A DNA stretch of 15,656 nucleotides from Desulfobacterales bacterium (GTDB lineage: Bacteria > Desulfobacterota > Desulfobacteria > Desulfobacterales > YD0425bin51), in NCBI GenBank assembly GCA_015228685.1, contig JADGCY010000009.1:167589-183244 (forward strand). Reading direction: 5' to 3'. Made by a program: the position numbers and the translations under genes. This document shows, in pieces, positions 1-8,002 of the stretch. The notes under the pieces were generated by a model, which did not search any database, was not told the DNA's origin, and worked only from the letters and a program-made list of their open reading frames with translations. Numbering within the stretch: the stretch's first letter is position 1; each line of letters starts with the position of its first letter.

Positions 1-1
1 A

Positions 2-679
2 AAGCGTTTGAGGGATAAGTTTTTGACCTCAGGATTATCGGGTTTTCACGATTATGAGGTTATTGAACTTTTGCTAACACTTGCTACACCAAGAAAAGAT
101 TGTAAAAATGAGGCTAAAGAAGCATTAATTCGATTTAAGACATTTCAAGGTGTTATAGAGGCATCTGTATCACAATTATGTGAAATTAAAGGAATTGGTG
201 CTATAAATGTATTTGGCATAAAACTTATAAAAGCAGTATGTGACAGATACTTAGAGAAAAAACTTATTTCAAAAGATTACATTAGTAATTCAAAAGAGTT
301 ATTTGAATATCTTTTCAATACTCTAAGAGATAAAAACAGGGAAAGTTTTAACGTTATTTTTTTAGATGCAAAAAACAATATAATTAGTCTCAAAATGCTT
401 TTTGAAGGAACGCTTACATCTTCTCAGGTTTACCCAAGAGAAGTCATAAAAGCTGCTTTAGAAAATCATGCAGCAGCATTAATTTTTGCTCATAATCATC
501 CATCAGGCGATCCTAGCCCATCAAAAGAAGATATAGCTATTACAAAACAACTTATTTTTGCATGTAAAGTTATGGGAATAACTGTGCATGACCATATTAT
601 AATAGGCGACAGTAAATATTTTAGCCTTGCTGATAATGGCTACATTAATAAAATGAATCAGGAGTATAATGAAAAATGA
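2..679 (+). CDS. radC: DNA repair protein RadC / JAB-domain (UPF0758) family. The 5' end is probably at or just beyond the window edge, and the TTG at 8 is the first in-window start candidate.
   Basis: The ORF track gives a 223-aa product. The JAMM-like motif 'AHNHPSGDPSPSKED' (HxHPxG...S..D) and the N-terminal helix-hairpin-helix-like 'LSGFHDYEVIELLL' are characteristic of RadC/YicR. The frame is open back to position 2, so the true start may lie upstream of the window. Confidence 0.85.
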   Translation, partial: KRLRDKFLTSGLSGFHDYEVIELLLTLATPRKDCKNEAKEALIRFKTFQGVIEASVSQLCEIKGIGAINVFGIKLIKAVCDRYLEKKLISKDYISNSKELFEYLFNTLRDKNRESFNVIFLDAKNNIISLKMLFEGTLTSSQVYPREVIKAALENHAAALIFAHNHPSGDPSPSKEDIAITKQLIFACKVMGITVHDHIIIGDSKYFSLADNGYINKMNQEYNEK

Positions 680-941
680 TGAACCAAAGTGTTTTGGGGA
701 ACTAAATATTGTTTTTCCAGTTTCAGAAGATGGACTCAGGCATTCTCCTGAAAACTGTATGTCTTGCGTTTTAAAAACCGAATGTTTAAAAAAAGCAATA
801 AATAGCTTAAATGGATTTAAATTTAAAGAAGAACAAATAGATAAATCTTACAAATCAGGGCTTATTAGTTTTTTAGAAAGATGGTCAAAAAGAAAACTTT
901 TAAAACAGAAGGAGCGAACTTATGGCAAAACTATCAGTTGA
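669..941 (+). CDS. Hypothetical small protein (90 aa) with four Cys residues (C-x21-C-x2-C-x5-C), a possible zinc ribbon. Its function is unknown.
   Basis: The ORF begins at the ATG at 669, 4 nt downstream of the SD-like 'aggag' at 660-664. It overlaps the radC stop by 11 nt and the pgk start by 20 nt. There is no recognisable family, so it could be a spurious inter-gene ORF. Confidence 0.35.
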   Translation: MKNDEPKCFGELNIVFPVSEDGLRHSPENCMSCVLKTECLKKAINSLNGFKFKEEQIDKSYKSGLISFLERWSKRKLLKQKERTYGKTIS

Positions 942-2118
942 AGATTTAGATTTAAAAGGTAAAAGAGTACTAATGCGTGTAGATTTCAATGTTCCTTTAG
1001 AATCTGGTGTTGTAGCTAATGATAAGAGAATTCGTGAGTCTCTTCCAACAATAAAGTATATAATTGAAAAAGGAGGAAGACTTATTTTAATGTCCCATTT
1101 AGGTAGACCAGAAGGTAAAAAAGTCCCAGAAATGTCTATGAAACCTTGTGTACCAGTACTATCTCAACTACTTGGCAAAGAAGTCAAATTTGCTGATGAC
1201 TGTATTGGTGATATAGCTGAGAAAGCTTCAGCAAATTTAAAAGATGGAGATGTGCTTATTTTAGAGAATTTGCGTTACTATAAACAAGAAACAAAAAATG
1301 ACAAAGAGTTTGCAGAAAAACTTGCAAAACTTGGAGAGATTTATATAAATGATGCTTTTGGTACAGCTCATAGAGCACATGCTTCCACAGAAGGTGTTAC
1401 TCATTTTTTTACAAAATGCGCTTCAGGATTTTTAATGATGAAAGAGCTAGCATATCTTGGCCAAGTAATTGAAAATCCTAAAAGACCATTTGTTGCAATT
1501 TTAGGAGGAGCAAAAATTTCAGATAAAATTGAAGTTATATCAAATCTTTTGCCTAAGGTTGATAAACTTATAATTGGCGGTGGTATGGCTTATACATTCT
1601 TTAAAGCACAAGGTTTTGAAATTGGTAAATCTTTACTTGAGAAAGATAAAATCGACCTAGCCAAATCTCTTCTTGAAAAAGGGAAAGATAAAATAGTATT
1701 ACCTGTTGATTCTATTATTACAGATCATTTGGATTTCAGTGGAAGAAAAGTAGGAGAAATAAAAGTTTCAAAGTCAGATGCTATTCCCTCTGATTATATG
1801 GGTGTTGATATAGGACCTGAATCTATTGAACAATTCAAATCTGTTTTATCTGATGCAAAGACTATAATCTGGAATGGTCCAATGGGTGTATTTGAAATAG
1901 ATGCTACATCAAAGGGAACATATGCAATAGCTAGCCTTTTAGCAGATATTACACCAAAAGGGGCAACAACTGTAATTGGAGGTGGAGATTCAGCATCTGC
2001 TGTAAAAAAAGCAGGTGTATCTAGCAAAGTTTCCCATGTTTCAACAGGAGGGGGTGCATCTCTAGAATTTCTAGAAGGCAAAATTTTACCTGGCGTTCAA
2101 GCTTTAACAGACAAATAA
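922..2118 (+). CDS. pgk: Phosphoglycerate kinase
   Basis: The 398-aa product has a canonical PGK N-terminus ('KRVLMRVDFNVP', 'LMSHLGRP') and C-terminal motifs ('GGGMAYTF', 'WNGPMGVFE', 'GGGDSA'). A strong SD 'aaggag' at 910-915 lies 6 nt before the ATG. The stop is TAA. Confidence 0.97.
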   Translation: MAKLSVEDLDLKGKRVLMRVDFNVPLESGVVANDKRIRESLPTIKYIIEKGGRLILMSHLGRPEGKKVPEMSMKPCVPVLSQLLGKEVKFADDCIGDIAEKASANLKDGDVLILENLRYYKQETKNDKEFAEKLAKLGEIYINDAFGTAHRAHASTEGVTHFFTKCASGFLMMKELAYLGQVIENPKRPFVAILGGAKISDKIEVISNLLPKVDKLIIGGGMAYTFFKAQGFEIGKSLLEKDKIDLAKSLLEKGKDKIVLPVDSIITDHLDFSGRKVGEIKVSKSDAIPSDYMGVDIGPESIEQFKSVLSDAKTIIWNGPMGVFEIDATSKGTYAIASLLADITPKGATTVIGGGDSASAVKKAGVSSKVSHVSTGGGASLEFLEGKILPGVQALTDK

Positions 2119-2123
2119 AAAAA

Positions 2124-2157
2124 GAGGGGCGATAAAAAAATCGCCCCTATCAATTTT
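2124..2157 (+). terminator. Rho-independent terminator of pgk
   Basis: Perfect 8-bp GC-rich stem 'aggggcga' (2125-2132) and 'tcgcccct' (2141-2148) with an 8-nt A-rich loop, followed by 'atcaatttt'. It starts 6 nt after the pgk stop. Confidence 0.7.
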
Positions 2158-2853
2158 ATGACATTTAATAAAAAAATTTTTATTTTTTTCATTTTTATTT
2201 TTTTTATATTATTAATTTATTGTTTTTCCGATCCAATATGGAATAGATTGATATATTTTTATGATTTATTATCAGATAAGGAAAAGATAACTGGTTTTAT
2301 TAATTCTTTTGGAGTTGCAGCACCTATTGCTTTTATATTTATCCAGATTTTTCAGGTTATATTTGCTCCTATTCCTGGTGAAGTAACAGGTTTTATAGGT
2401 GGATATATTTTTGGAATATTAAAAAGTTTTTTGTTTTCGACTATAGGGCTTACAATAGGTTCATGGATAAATTTTAGTTTAGGTCGTTTTTTAGGAGAAA
2501 AATATATTCAAAAGTTAATTCCTAAAAAATATTATGAACGTTTGGATAAAATAGTAAAACATGAAGGTTTGATTGTTGTTTTGATCTTTTTTATATTTCC
2601 GGGTTTTCCCAAAGACTGGATGTGTCTTGTTTTAGGTGTTAGTCATATTCCTTTAAAAATTTTTATGTTATTTGCTTTTTTGGGAAGAATGCCTGGTACT
2701 CTCATGTTAAGTATTAAAGGTGCTCTAATTTCTGAAAAAGAATATGGTTTATTTGCTATAGTTCTTGGTATAAGCATAATAATTGTTCTTATTGCTTATA
2801 GATTTAGAGATAATTTATATCTTTGGGTTGAAAAGGCTAATTCAAAAAAATAA
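2158..2853 (+). CDS. DedA superfamily / TVP38-TMEM64 family integral membrane protein
   Basis: The 231-aa product is multi-pass hydrophobic. Motifs 'FAPIPGEVTGFIGGYIFG' (PxPGE) and 'LGRMPGTL' are typical of the DedA/SNARE-associated Golgi protein family. The start codon sits immediately after the pgk terminator. Confidence 0.8.
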   Translation: MTFNKKIFIFFIFIFFILLIYCFSDPIWNRLIYFYDLLSDKEKITGFINSFGVAAPIAFIFIQIFQVIFAPIPGEVTGFIGGYIFGILKSFLFSTIGLTIGSWINFSLGRFLGEKYIQKLIPKKYYERLDKIVKHEGLIVVLIFFIFPGFPKDWMCLVLGVSHIPLKIFMLFAFLGRMPGTLMLSIKGALISEKEYGLFAIVLGISIIIVLIAYRFRDNLYLWVEKANSKK

Positions 2854-2860
2854 TTTTTAT

Positions 2861-4630
2861 ATGCAAATAAAATTTCACAAAAGAATTTCAGTCCAGCAGG
2901 CAAAAAATACTGTTATAGTGGCGCTTTTGATTGGCATAGCAATGAGTATTTTTCAGATAAGCAACGATCTTATAAAGGAAAGAGAGCAAATCAATTCTAC
3001 AATCTCTCAGGTTATAAGTATGTTCAATGATCAAGCAGCCCTTGCTGCTTATTCAATATCAGAATCAATGGCAAGTGAAATAATAAACGGTTTATTTAAA
3101 TACCAATCATTTTGCAGCGCTAAGATTATGACTGATTTTGGAATTGTATTAGCCCAGCGTGAGCGTCCTTCTGCTAAAATTAATCTAAATTGGCTTATGA
3201 ATTTTTTATTTGAAAATAAACAGAGTTTTAAATTTCCATTAAAGCATAAAGACTTTGATAAACAGGTAGGGTCACTAGTTGTTTCACTGGACAATTATCT
3301 TATTGCAAAAAATTTTATAAGTCGTTCAATTTTTGTAATAATAACAGATACTATTCAAAATATTATATTATCATTTATTTTAGGACTAATGTTTTATTAT
3401 TCACTAACACTCCCTTTGCTTAAAATGGCAGCTAGTCTTTCTTATGTTGATCCTTCTTCTCCAGCAAGTAAACTTCTTTCTCCTCACAAAGGGCATCTTT
3501 ATGATGAATTTGGGCTTATTGTAAGTAACATAAATAAATTGTTAATAGGTTTTGAAGATAGTCTGTCCATAAGAAGAGCTGCTGAGCTAAAATATAGAAA
3601 TATTTTTGAAAGCGCAATAGATGGCATATATCAAGCAACACCAAATGGACAATTTTTAACTGCAAATCCAGCTATGGCAAAAATATTAGGTTACGCTTCA
3701 GCCAAAGAGCTTATAGATAATATTACTAATATAAGAGAGCAGCTTTATGTAATTCCTGAAAACAGAGATGAATATCAAAAAAATTTAAATGAATATGGTT
3801 TTATAAAAGATTTTGAAACTAAATTTTATAAAAAAGATAGAACTATAATTCATGTTTCTTTAAACTCTCATGTTGTAAAAGATGAAAATCAAAATATTCT
3901 TTATTATGAGGGAATTTTAGACGACATAACAAAAAGAAAAAAAGCTGAAGAAGAGTTGATGGAATATCGCTTCCTCCTTGAGAAATTAGTTGAAATGAGA
4001 ACTTATGAACTTACTGTTGCAAATAAAAAACTGGAACTTGAAATTGCAGAGCGCATGAAAGCTGAACAAGCTTTGCAAGAAGCAAATCATGAACTTCAAA
4101 GACTTGCTTCACTCGATGGCTTAACTCAGCTTGCAAATAGGCGCATATTTGATGAAAGATTTATTTATGAATGGAAAAGGGTTAGCCGCGAAAAGAACTG
4201 TTTGTCTCTAATCCTTTGTGATGTTGATTTTTTTAAGCTATATAATGATACATATGGACACCAATTGGGTGATTCATGTTTATGTTCAGTTGCTAAAGCT
4301 ATAATGGATAATATAAGAAGGCCCGCAGATCTAGCAGCTAGGTATGGCGGTGAAGAGTTTGTTGTAATCCTGCCTAACACAGATGTAAGCGGTGCTCTTC
4401 ATGTTGCAGAATTAATCCAAAATGGAATAGCTGAACTGAAAATTGAACATCTAAAATCTAAGGTAAATCAATATGTTACATTAAGTATAGGAGTTGCTAC
4501 TGTAGTACCCAATAACTCAATACCTCCAAAATCCCTTATAGAATTAGCAGATAAAGGTCTTTATGAAGCAAAAGCCCAAGGTAGAAATCGTATTATTTCA
4601 AAAATTTTAGATGATAAAGGTATTTTATGA
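2861..4630 (+). CDS. Membrane-bound sensor diguanylate cyclase: TM1, a periplasmic domain of about 130 aa, TM2, a PAS domain, a coiled coil and a GGDEF domain with a GGEEF active site and an RxxD I-site
   Basis: The ORF track starts at 2783, inside the dedA 3' end. The first ATG after the dedA stop (2861, 'MQIKFHKR') is the likelier start. The PAS core is 'ESAIDGIYQATPNGQFLTANPAMAKILGY'. The GGDEF hallmarks are 'RRPADLAARYGGEEFVV' (RxxD and GGEEF) and 'GLYEAKAQGRNR'. There are two hydrophobic segments: 'TVIVALLIGIAMSIFQI' and 'IFVIITDTIQNIILSFILGLMFYYSL'. Confidence 0.9.
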   Translation: MQIKFHKRISVQQAKNTVIVALLIGIAMSIFQISNDLIKEREQINSTISQVISMFNDQAALAAYSISESMASEIINGLFKYQSFCSAKIMTDFGIVLAQRERPSAKINLNWLMNFLFENKQSFKFPLKHKDFDKQVGSLVVSLDNYLIAKNFISRSIFVIITDTIQNIILSFILGLMFYYSLTLPLLKMAASLSYVDPSSPASKLLSPHKGHLYDEFGLIVSNINKLLIGFEDSLSIRRAAELKYRNIFESAIDGIYQATPNGQFLTANPAMAKILGYASAKELIDNITNIREQLYVIPENRDEYQKNLNEYGFIKDFETKFYKKDRTIIHVSLNSHVVKDENQNILYYEGILDDITKRKKAEEELMEYRFLLEKLVEMRTYELTVANKKLELEIAERMKAEQALQEANHELQRLASLDGLTQLANRRIFDERFIYEWKRVSREKNCLSLILCDVDFFKLYNDTYGHQLGDSCLCSVAKAIMDNIRRPADLAARYGGEEFVVILPNTDVSGALHVAELIQNGIAELKIEHLKSKVNQYVTLSIGVATVVPNNSIPPKSLIELADKGLYEAKAQGRNRIISKILDDKGIL

Positions 4631-5799
4631 AAATAAAAATTTTTACTTTGATTGCTATATTAATTTTAAATATTTATTCCTTTGCTGAAGAAGAAGGAGT
4701 AACTGATACTGAGATAAGAATTGCTCAATTTGGACCTCTCAGCGGCCCTGCTTCACCATGGGGAGACGTGGTTCTTGGAACTGGTTTTTTATTTAAATTA
4801 GTTAATGAAGAAGGTGGGATACATGGACGTAAAATTAATTACCGTCCTTTTGATGACAGCTATAATCCTGCAAAAACAAAGTATGGAGTAAAACTCCTTC
4901 AAGAGAAATTAGGAATTTTTGCATGGGTTGGAGGTGTAGGGACTGAAACAGCTTTATCTGTAAAAGACTATTTGGTAAATAGGAACATACCATGGGTTAT
5001 TCCTATAACAGGCTCAGAAGAATTTATAACTCCACCGAATAAATATATATTCACAGCTTATCCATTGTATTCTTTTGAAGCTAGAATTTTATGTAAATAT
5101 GCAGTTGAAAACATGGGTAAAAAAAAGATTGCAATTATCTATCAAAATGATGGATATGGCAAAAGCGCTCTAAAAGGTGCAACTGAAGAACTTTTAAAAC
5201 ACAATATGGAAATTATGCCTAAAATTCCTCTTGAAGTAAAAGATAATGATTATGAAGAGTGTATAAATACTCTTATTAAATCAGATTCAGATACGGTTCT
5301 TGTTTTTATAACTCCTTTTTCTGCACTTCGCCTTTTGCTTGCTGCTAAAAATATGAACTTTACTCCTCAATGGATGGGTGGAAATTCTTTTTCTGATTTT
5401 CCATTATTATATAGAATAAGCCATGGATTATGGAAGGGTATGATTGCTACAACTCAGGCTGATTTTACTGATACTCCTATACTTAGAAAATATAAGGAAG
5501 CATTTAAAAAATATGCTTCTGAGAAAGAAAAATGGTCACTTAATTTCCAGTATGGAATAGGATTTGGCGAGCCTTTAGTTGAGGCTCTAAAAAGATGCGG
5601 AAGAGATTTAACTCGAGAACGTTTTATTAAGGAAATTGAAGGATTAGGAAATTTCAAAGGGATTTTAAATACAGGCATATTTAAACCCTTTGACCCAAAT
5701 GATCCTGAAAGTCGAAGAGCTACAAAAGAATCATATATTATACAATGTATAGAAAATGGTAATATCAAAAAATTATCCGACTGGATTAAAATAGATTAA
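4627..5799 (+). CDS. Periplasmic substrate-binding protein, LivK/LivJ (Peripla_BP_6, branched-chain amino acid binding) family. It is an orphan, with no adjacent permease or ATPase genes.
   Basis: The 390-aa product has an N-terminal signal peptide 'MKIKIFTLIAILILNIYSFA'. 'IRIAQFGPLSGPASPWG...GGIHGRKINYRPFDDSYNP' matches the LivJ/K N-lobe pattern. Its ATG overlaps the GGDEF gene stop (ATGA), which suggests translational coupling. Confidence 0.85.
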   Translation: MKIKIFTLIAILILNIYSFAEEEGVTDTEIRIAQFGPLSGPASPWGDVVLGTGFLFKLVNEEGGIHGRKINYRPFDDSYNPAKTKYGVKLLQEKLGIFAWVGGVGTETALSVKDYLVNRNIPWVIPITGSEEFITPPNKYIFTAYPLYSFEARILCKYAVENMGKKKIAIIYQNDGYGKSALKGATEELLKHNMEIMPKIPLEVKDNDYEECINTLIKSDSDTVLVFITPFSALRLLLAAKNMNFTPQWMGGNSFSDFPLLYRISHGLWKGMIATTQADFTDTPILRKYKEAFKKYASEKEKWSLNFQYGIGFGEPLVEALKRCGRDLTRERFIKEIEGLGNFKGILNTGIFKPFDPNDPESRRATKESYIIQCIENGNIKKLSDWIKID

Positions 5800-5814
5800 T
5801 TGGAAAAATCAAAT

Positions 5815-6456
5815 ATGAATTATGCAAAAATATCTTTTTTTTGTATTTTTTTTCTGTTTATAAATTATAGTTCAGTTTATGCTAAACCCCATGAACATGA
5901 TAAAAAAACAAATGGAAAAAGAAGATATGAATTTCGCCAAATAGGTTCTGCTTCTTTTTATGGAAAACCCTTTCATGGTGGAAAAACAAGCAGCGGAGAA
6001 TGTTATAACATGAATAAACTTACTGCTGCTCATAAAACTCTTCCTATAGGCGTATATGCTATAGTTAGAAATATTCGGAATAATAAAACTGTACGTGTAC
6101 GAATAAATGATAGAGGTCCTGCATCTAAAAAAAGAATAATTGATTTATCTTATGGAGCAGCACGAGTTATTGATATGGTTAAAACAGGAACAGCTATTGT
6201 TGAAGTGACAGTACCATTCCTAAAAGCTAGTTATACAATTCAGGTAGCTGCATTTAGAGATAAAAAAAGTGCAATCGAACTTAAAAATAAGTTGAAACCT
6301 AAATATGATCATGTGGAGATTGTTAACTCTAATAAGGGTAGAGATGTTCTCTACAGAGTAAGAGCAGGACTTTATCATTCATTAAAAGAAGCTATGGAAC
6401 ATGAAAAAATGATGATACGTGCTGGATTTAAAAAGGCAGTTGCCTTAGAAGAATAA
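5815..6456 (+). CDS. rlpA: RlpA-like septal ring lytic transglycosylase / rare lipoprotein A (DPBB domain plus C-terminal SPOR domain)
   Basis: The DPBB core is 'ASFYGKPFHGGKTSSGECYNMNKLTAAHKTLPIGVYAIVRN...VRVRINDRGP'. The SPOR-like C-terminus is 'YTIQVAAFRDKKSAIELKNKL...YRVRAGLYHSLKEAMEHEKMM'. The signal peptide 'MNYAKISFFCIFFLFINYSSVYA' favours the ATG at 5815 over the TTG at 5800 used by the ORF track. Confidence 0.8.
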   Translation: MNYAKISFFCIFFLFINYSSVYAKPHEHDKKTNGKRRYEFRQIGSASFYGKPFHGGKTSSGECYNMNKLTAAHKTLPIGVYAIVRNIRNNKTVRVRINDRGPASKKRIIDLSYGAARVIDMVKTGTAIVEVTVPFLKASYTIQVAAFRDKKSAIELKNKLKPKYDHVEIVNSNKGRDVLYRVRAGLYHSLKEAMEHEKMMIRAGFKKAVALEE

Positions 6457-6462
6457 TTTATA

Positions 6463-6477
6463 GGCTATGACATAGCC
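6463..6477. other. Short perfect palindrome 'ggctatg a catagcc' just 3' of rlpA
   Basis: Arms of 7 bp with a 1-nt spacer, read directly from the sequence. Its function is unknown; it could be a protein-binding site or a small hairpin. Confidence 0.3.
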
Positions 6478-6581
6478 GGTTTTCAAAAAGTCAAGAATTT
6501 TGAATTGGTTATGAATCCATTAAAACTAGTGGTCGCTTATTTATGATTTGGCATAAACCAGCATATTTTGTGTAAAAAAAA

Positions 6582-6625
6582 TAAAGCTTCCTTATCTTAT
6601 AGATTGAGGAAGCTTTATTTTTAAG
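6582..6625. terminator. Strong, possibly bidirectional, intrinsic terminator between rlpA and the T1SS operon
   Basis: Perfect 11-bp stem 'taaagcttcct' (6582-6592) and 'aggaagcttta' (6607-6617) with a 14-nt loop. It is flanked by an A8 run upstream (6574-6581) and 'tttttaag' downstream. Confidence 0.75.
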
Positions 6626-6642
6626 ATGATAAATAATAAAAG

Positions 6643-6670
6643 TTAACCTAATAAAATAATTATATATAAT
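6643..6670 (+). promoter_or_regulatory. Candidate sigma70-type promoter for the T1SS operon
   Basis: 'ttaacc' (6643-6648) matches TTGACA at 4 of 6 positions. A 16-nt spacer separates it from a perfect -10 'tataat' (6665-6670). This would give an almost leaderless tolC mRNA (ATG at 6683), and no SD is visible. The call is speculative. Confidence 0.2.
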
Positions 6671-6682
6671 GATATTTTCTAA

Positions 6683-8002
6683 ATGAACGCTTTAAAAATA
6701 AAAGTCTCTTTTTCATCTCTAATAATTTTTTTATTTATATTGAATATTATTGAGGTAAATGCTGTTACTTTGGAATTTAAAGATGTTTTACAAAAAGCTA
6801 TTCAATACTCATATGATTTGAACATATCTATTATTAGCACTGAAATAAGTAAAAATGAGCTTAATAAAGCAAAATTGCAATTTTATCCAGAATTGAAATT
6901 CAGATTTGATTCTGAGTATTTCCATGATTTTATGGATGGCAGCTCTTCTGTTACAGCTATTGGAAATACTCTTTATCCAAATAACACTAAATATCAGGAT
7001 TCATTCTCAGTAGATTTATCATACAATATTTTAGATTTTGGCGTAAGAAAAAAGCAGTTTCAGATAGCTGAAATGGATGTTGAATCAAGTAAAGCCGCAA
7101 GAGAAAAACTGCTGATAGACCTTAAAACAAACGTTCTGGATTTATATACCGAAGCATTGACTGCTTACAGAGAAAAAAATGCTTATTTGGAACTTCTTCC
7201 TTTAATGAATGAGTTATATGTCATTAAAAACAGAACATATAATGCAGGAATTTCAAATAAGACAGAAATTGTTGAGCAAAAAATAAAAGAAACAAGAATT
7301 GTTCAAAATATCGAAGAACAAAAAAATAGACTGATAAGTATTCTAATAAATATCTCATTTTTGACAGGAGAAGTATATGAAGAACAGCTTGTTAAAATGC
7401 TGCCATTAACGATGATGGAAAAGAAAATAAATGCAGCCAATTTTAAAAATCATCCAGACACAAGGTTATATGAAATAGAAATCAAAAAAAAGAACCTTGA
7501 AATTTCACGCGTAAAAAAAAGCCTTTTGCCTCAGGTAGATTTTTATTTGAGGTATAACTTGTATGGAACTGATACAGCAAGTTATGCTGCTTCTTACAAT
7601 GATATACGGCAGAGAAATTTTTCAGTTGGTTTGACCACAACATTTCCTATTTTGGAAAGCTTTGAGAAAAATTACAATTTGAAAAAAGCCTGCTTTGAAG
7701 CTGAAAAATTGAAAATTGAAAAATCAAAAAAGATGGCAGAAATTGAAAAAGTATATCTGGATATTAAAGAAAAATATCGATTTTATAAAGCTGATATAGA
7801 GATTGACAAAAGAATACTAAACGATATTGAAATAAAAATTGATATGCAAAAAAGGATGACAAAAGAAAAAGTAAGCGATTATGCATCTATACTTGAGCAG
7901 CAAGCAGAACTGATAAAGGAAAGACTTGAAATGGAAAAGATCATAATCACTAAAATATCGGCATTTAAAAAGCTTCAATTTATATCGGAGGTATCTCAAT
8001 AA
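6683..8002 (+). CDS. tolC: TolC-family outer membrane efflux/secretion protein (T1SS outer membrane component)
   Basis: The 439-aa product has the signal peptide 'MNALKIKVSFSSLIIFLFILNIIEVNA'. The composition is rich in coiled-coil heptads with two internal repeats, typical of the OEP family. Its stop TAA overlaps the hlyB ATG (TAATG). Confidence 0.8.
   Translation: MNALKIKVSFSSLIIFLFILNIIEVNAVTLEFKDVLQKAIQYSYDLNISIISTEISKNELNKAKLQFYPELKFRFDSEYFHDFMDGSSSVTAIGNTLYPNNTKYQDSFSVDLSYNILDFGVRKKQFQIAEMDVESSKAAREKLLIDLKTNVLDLYTEALTAYREKNAYLELLPLMNELYVIKNRTYNAGISNKTEIVEQKIKETRIVQNIEEQKNRLISILINISFLTGEVYEEQLVKMLPLTMMEKKINAANFKNHPDTRLYEIEIKKKNLEISRVKKSLLPQVDFYLRYNLYGTDTASYAASYNDIRQRNFSVGLTTTFPILESFEKNYNLKKACFEAEKLKIEKSKKMAEIEKVYLDIKEKYRFYKADIEIDKRILNDIEIKIDMQKRMTKEKVSDYASILEQQAELIKERLEMEKIIITKISAFKKLQFISEVSQ

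Noticed and set aside
1794-2081. Minus-strand 95-aa ORF inside pgk. The same applies to the other minus-strand ORFs 3049-3294, 4165-4380, 5454-5768, 7817-7999, 9282-9521, 10857-11063, 11273-11467, 12943-13260 and 14961-15158.
   Set aside because: All are embedded antisense to well-supported + strand genes and lack RBSs. Their compositions (such as the poly-Val in 14961-15158, a mirror of the poly-Thr tract) are explained by the sense-strand coding sequence.
2783-2860. Upstream extension of the GGDEF ORF starting at 2783
   Set aside because: It would overlap the last 70 nt of dedA in another frame. The ATG at 2861 immediately follows the dedA stop and gives a sensible N-terminus with a TM helix.
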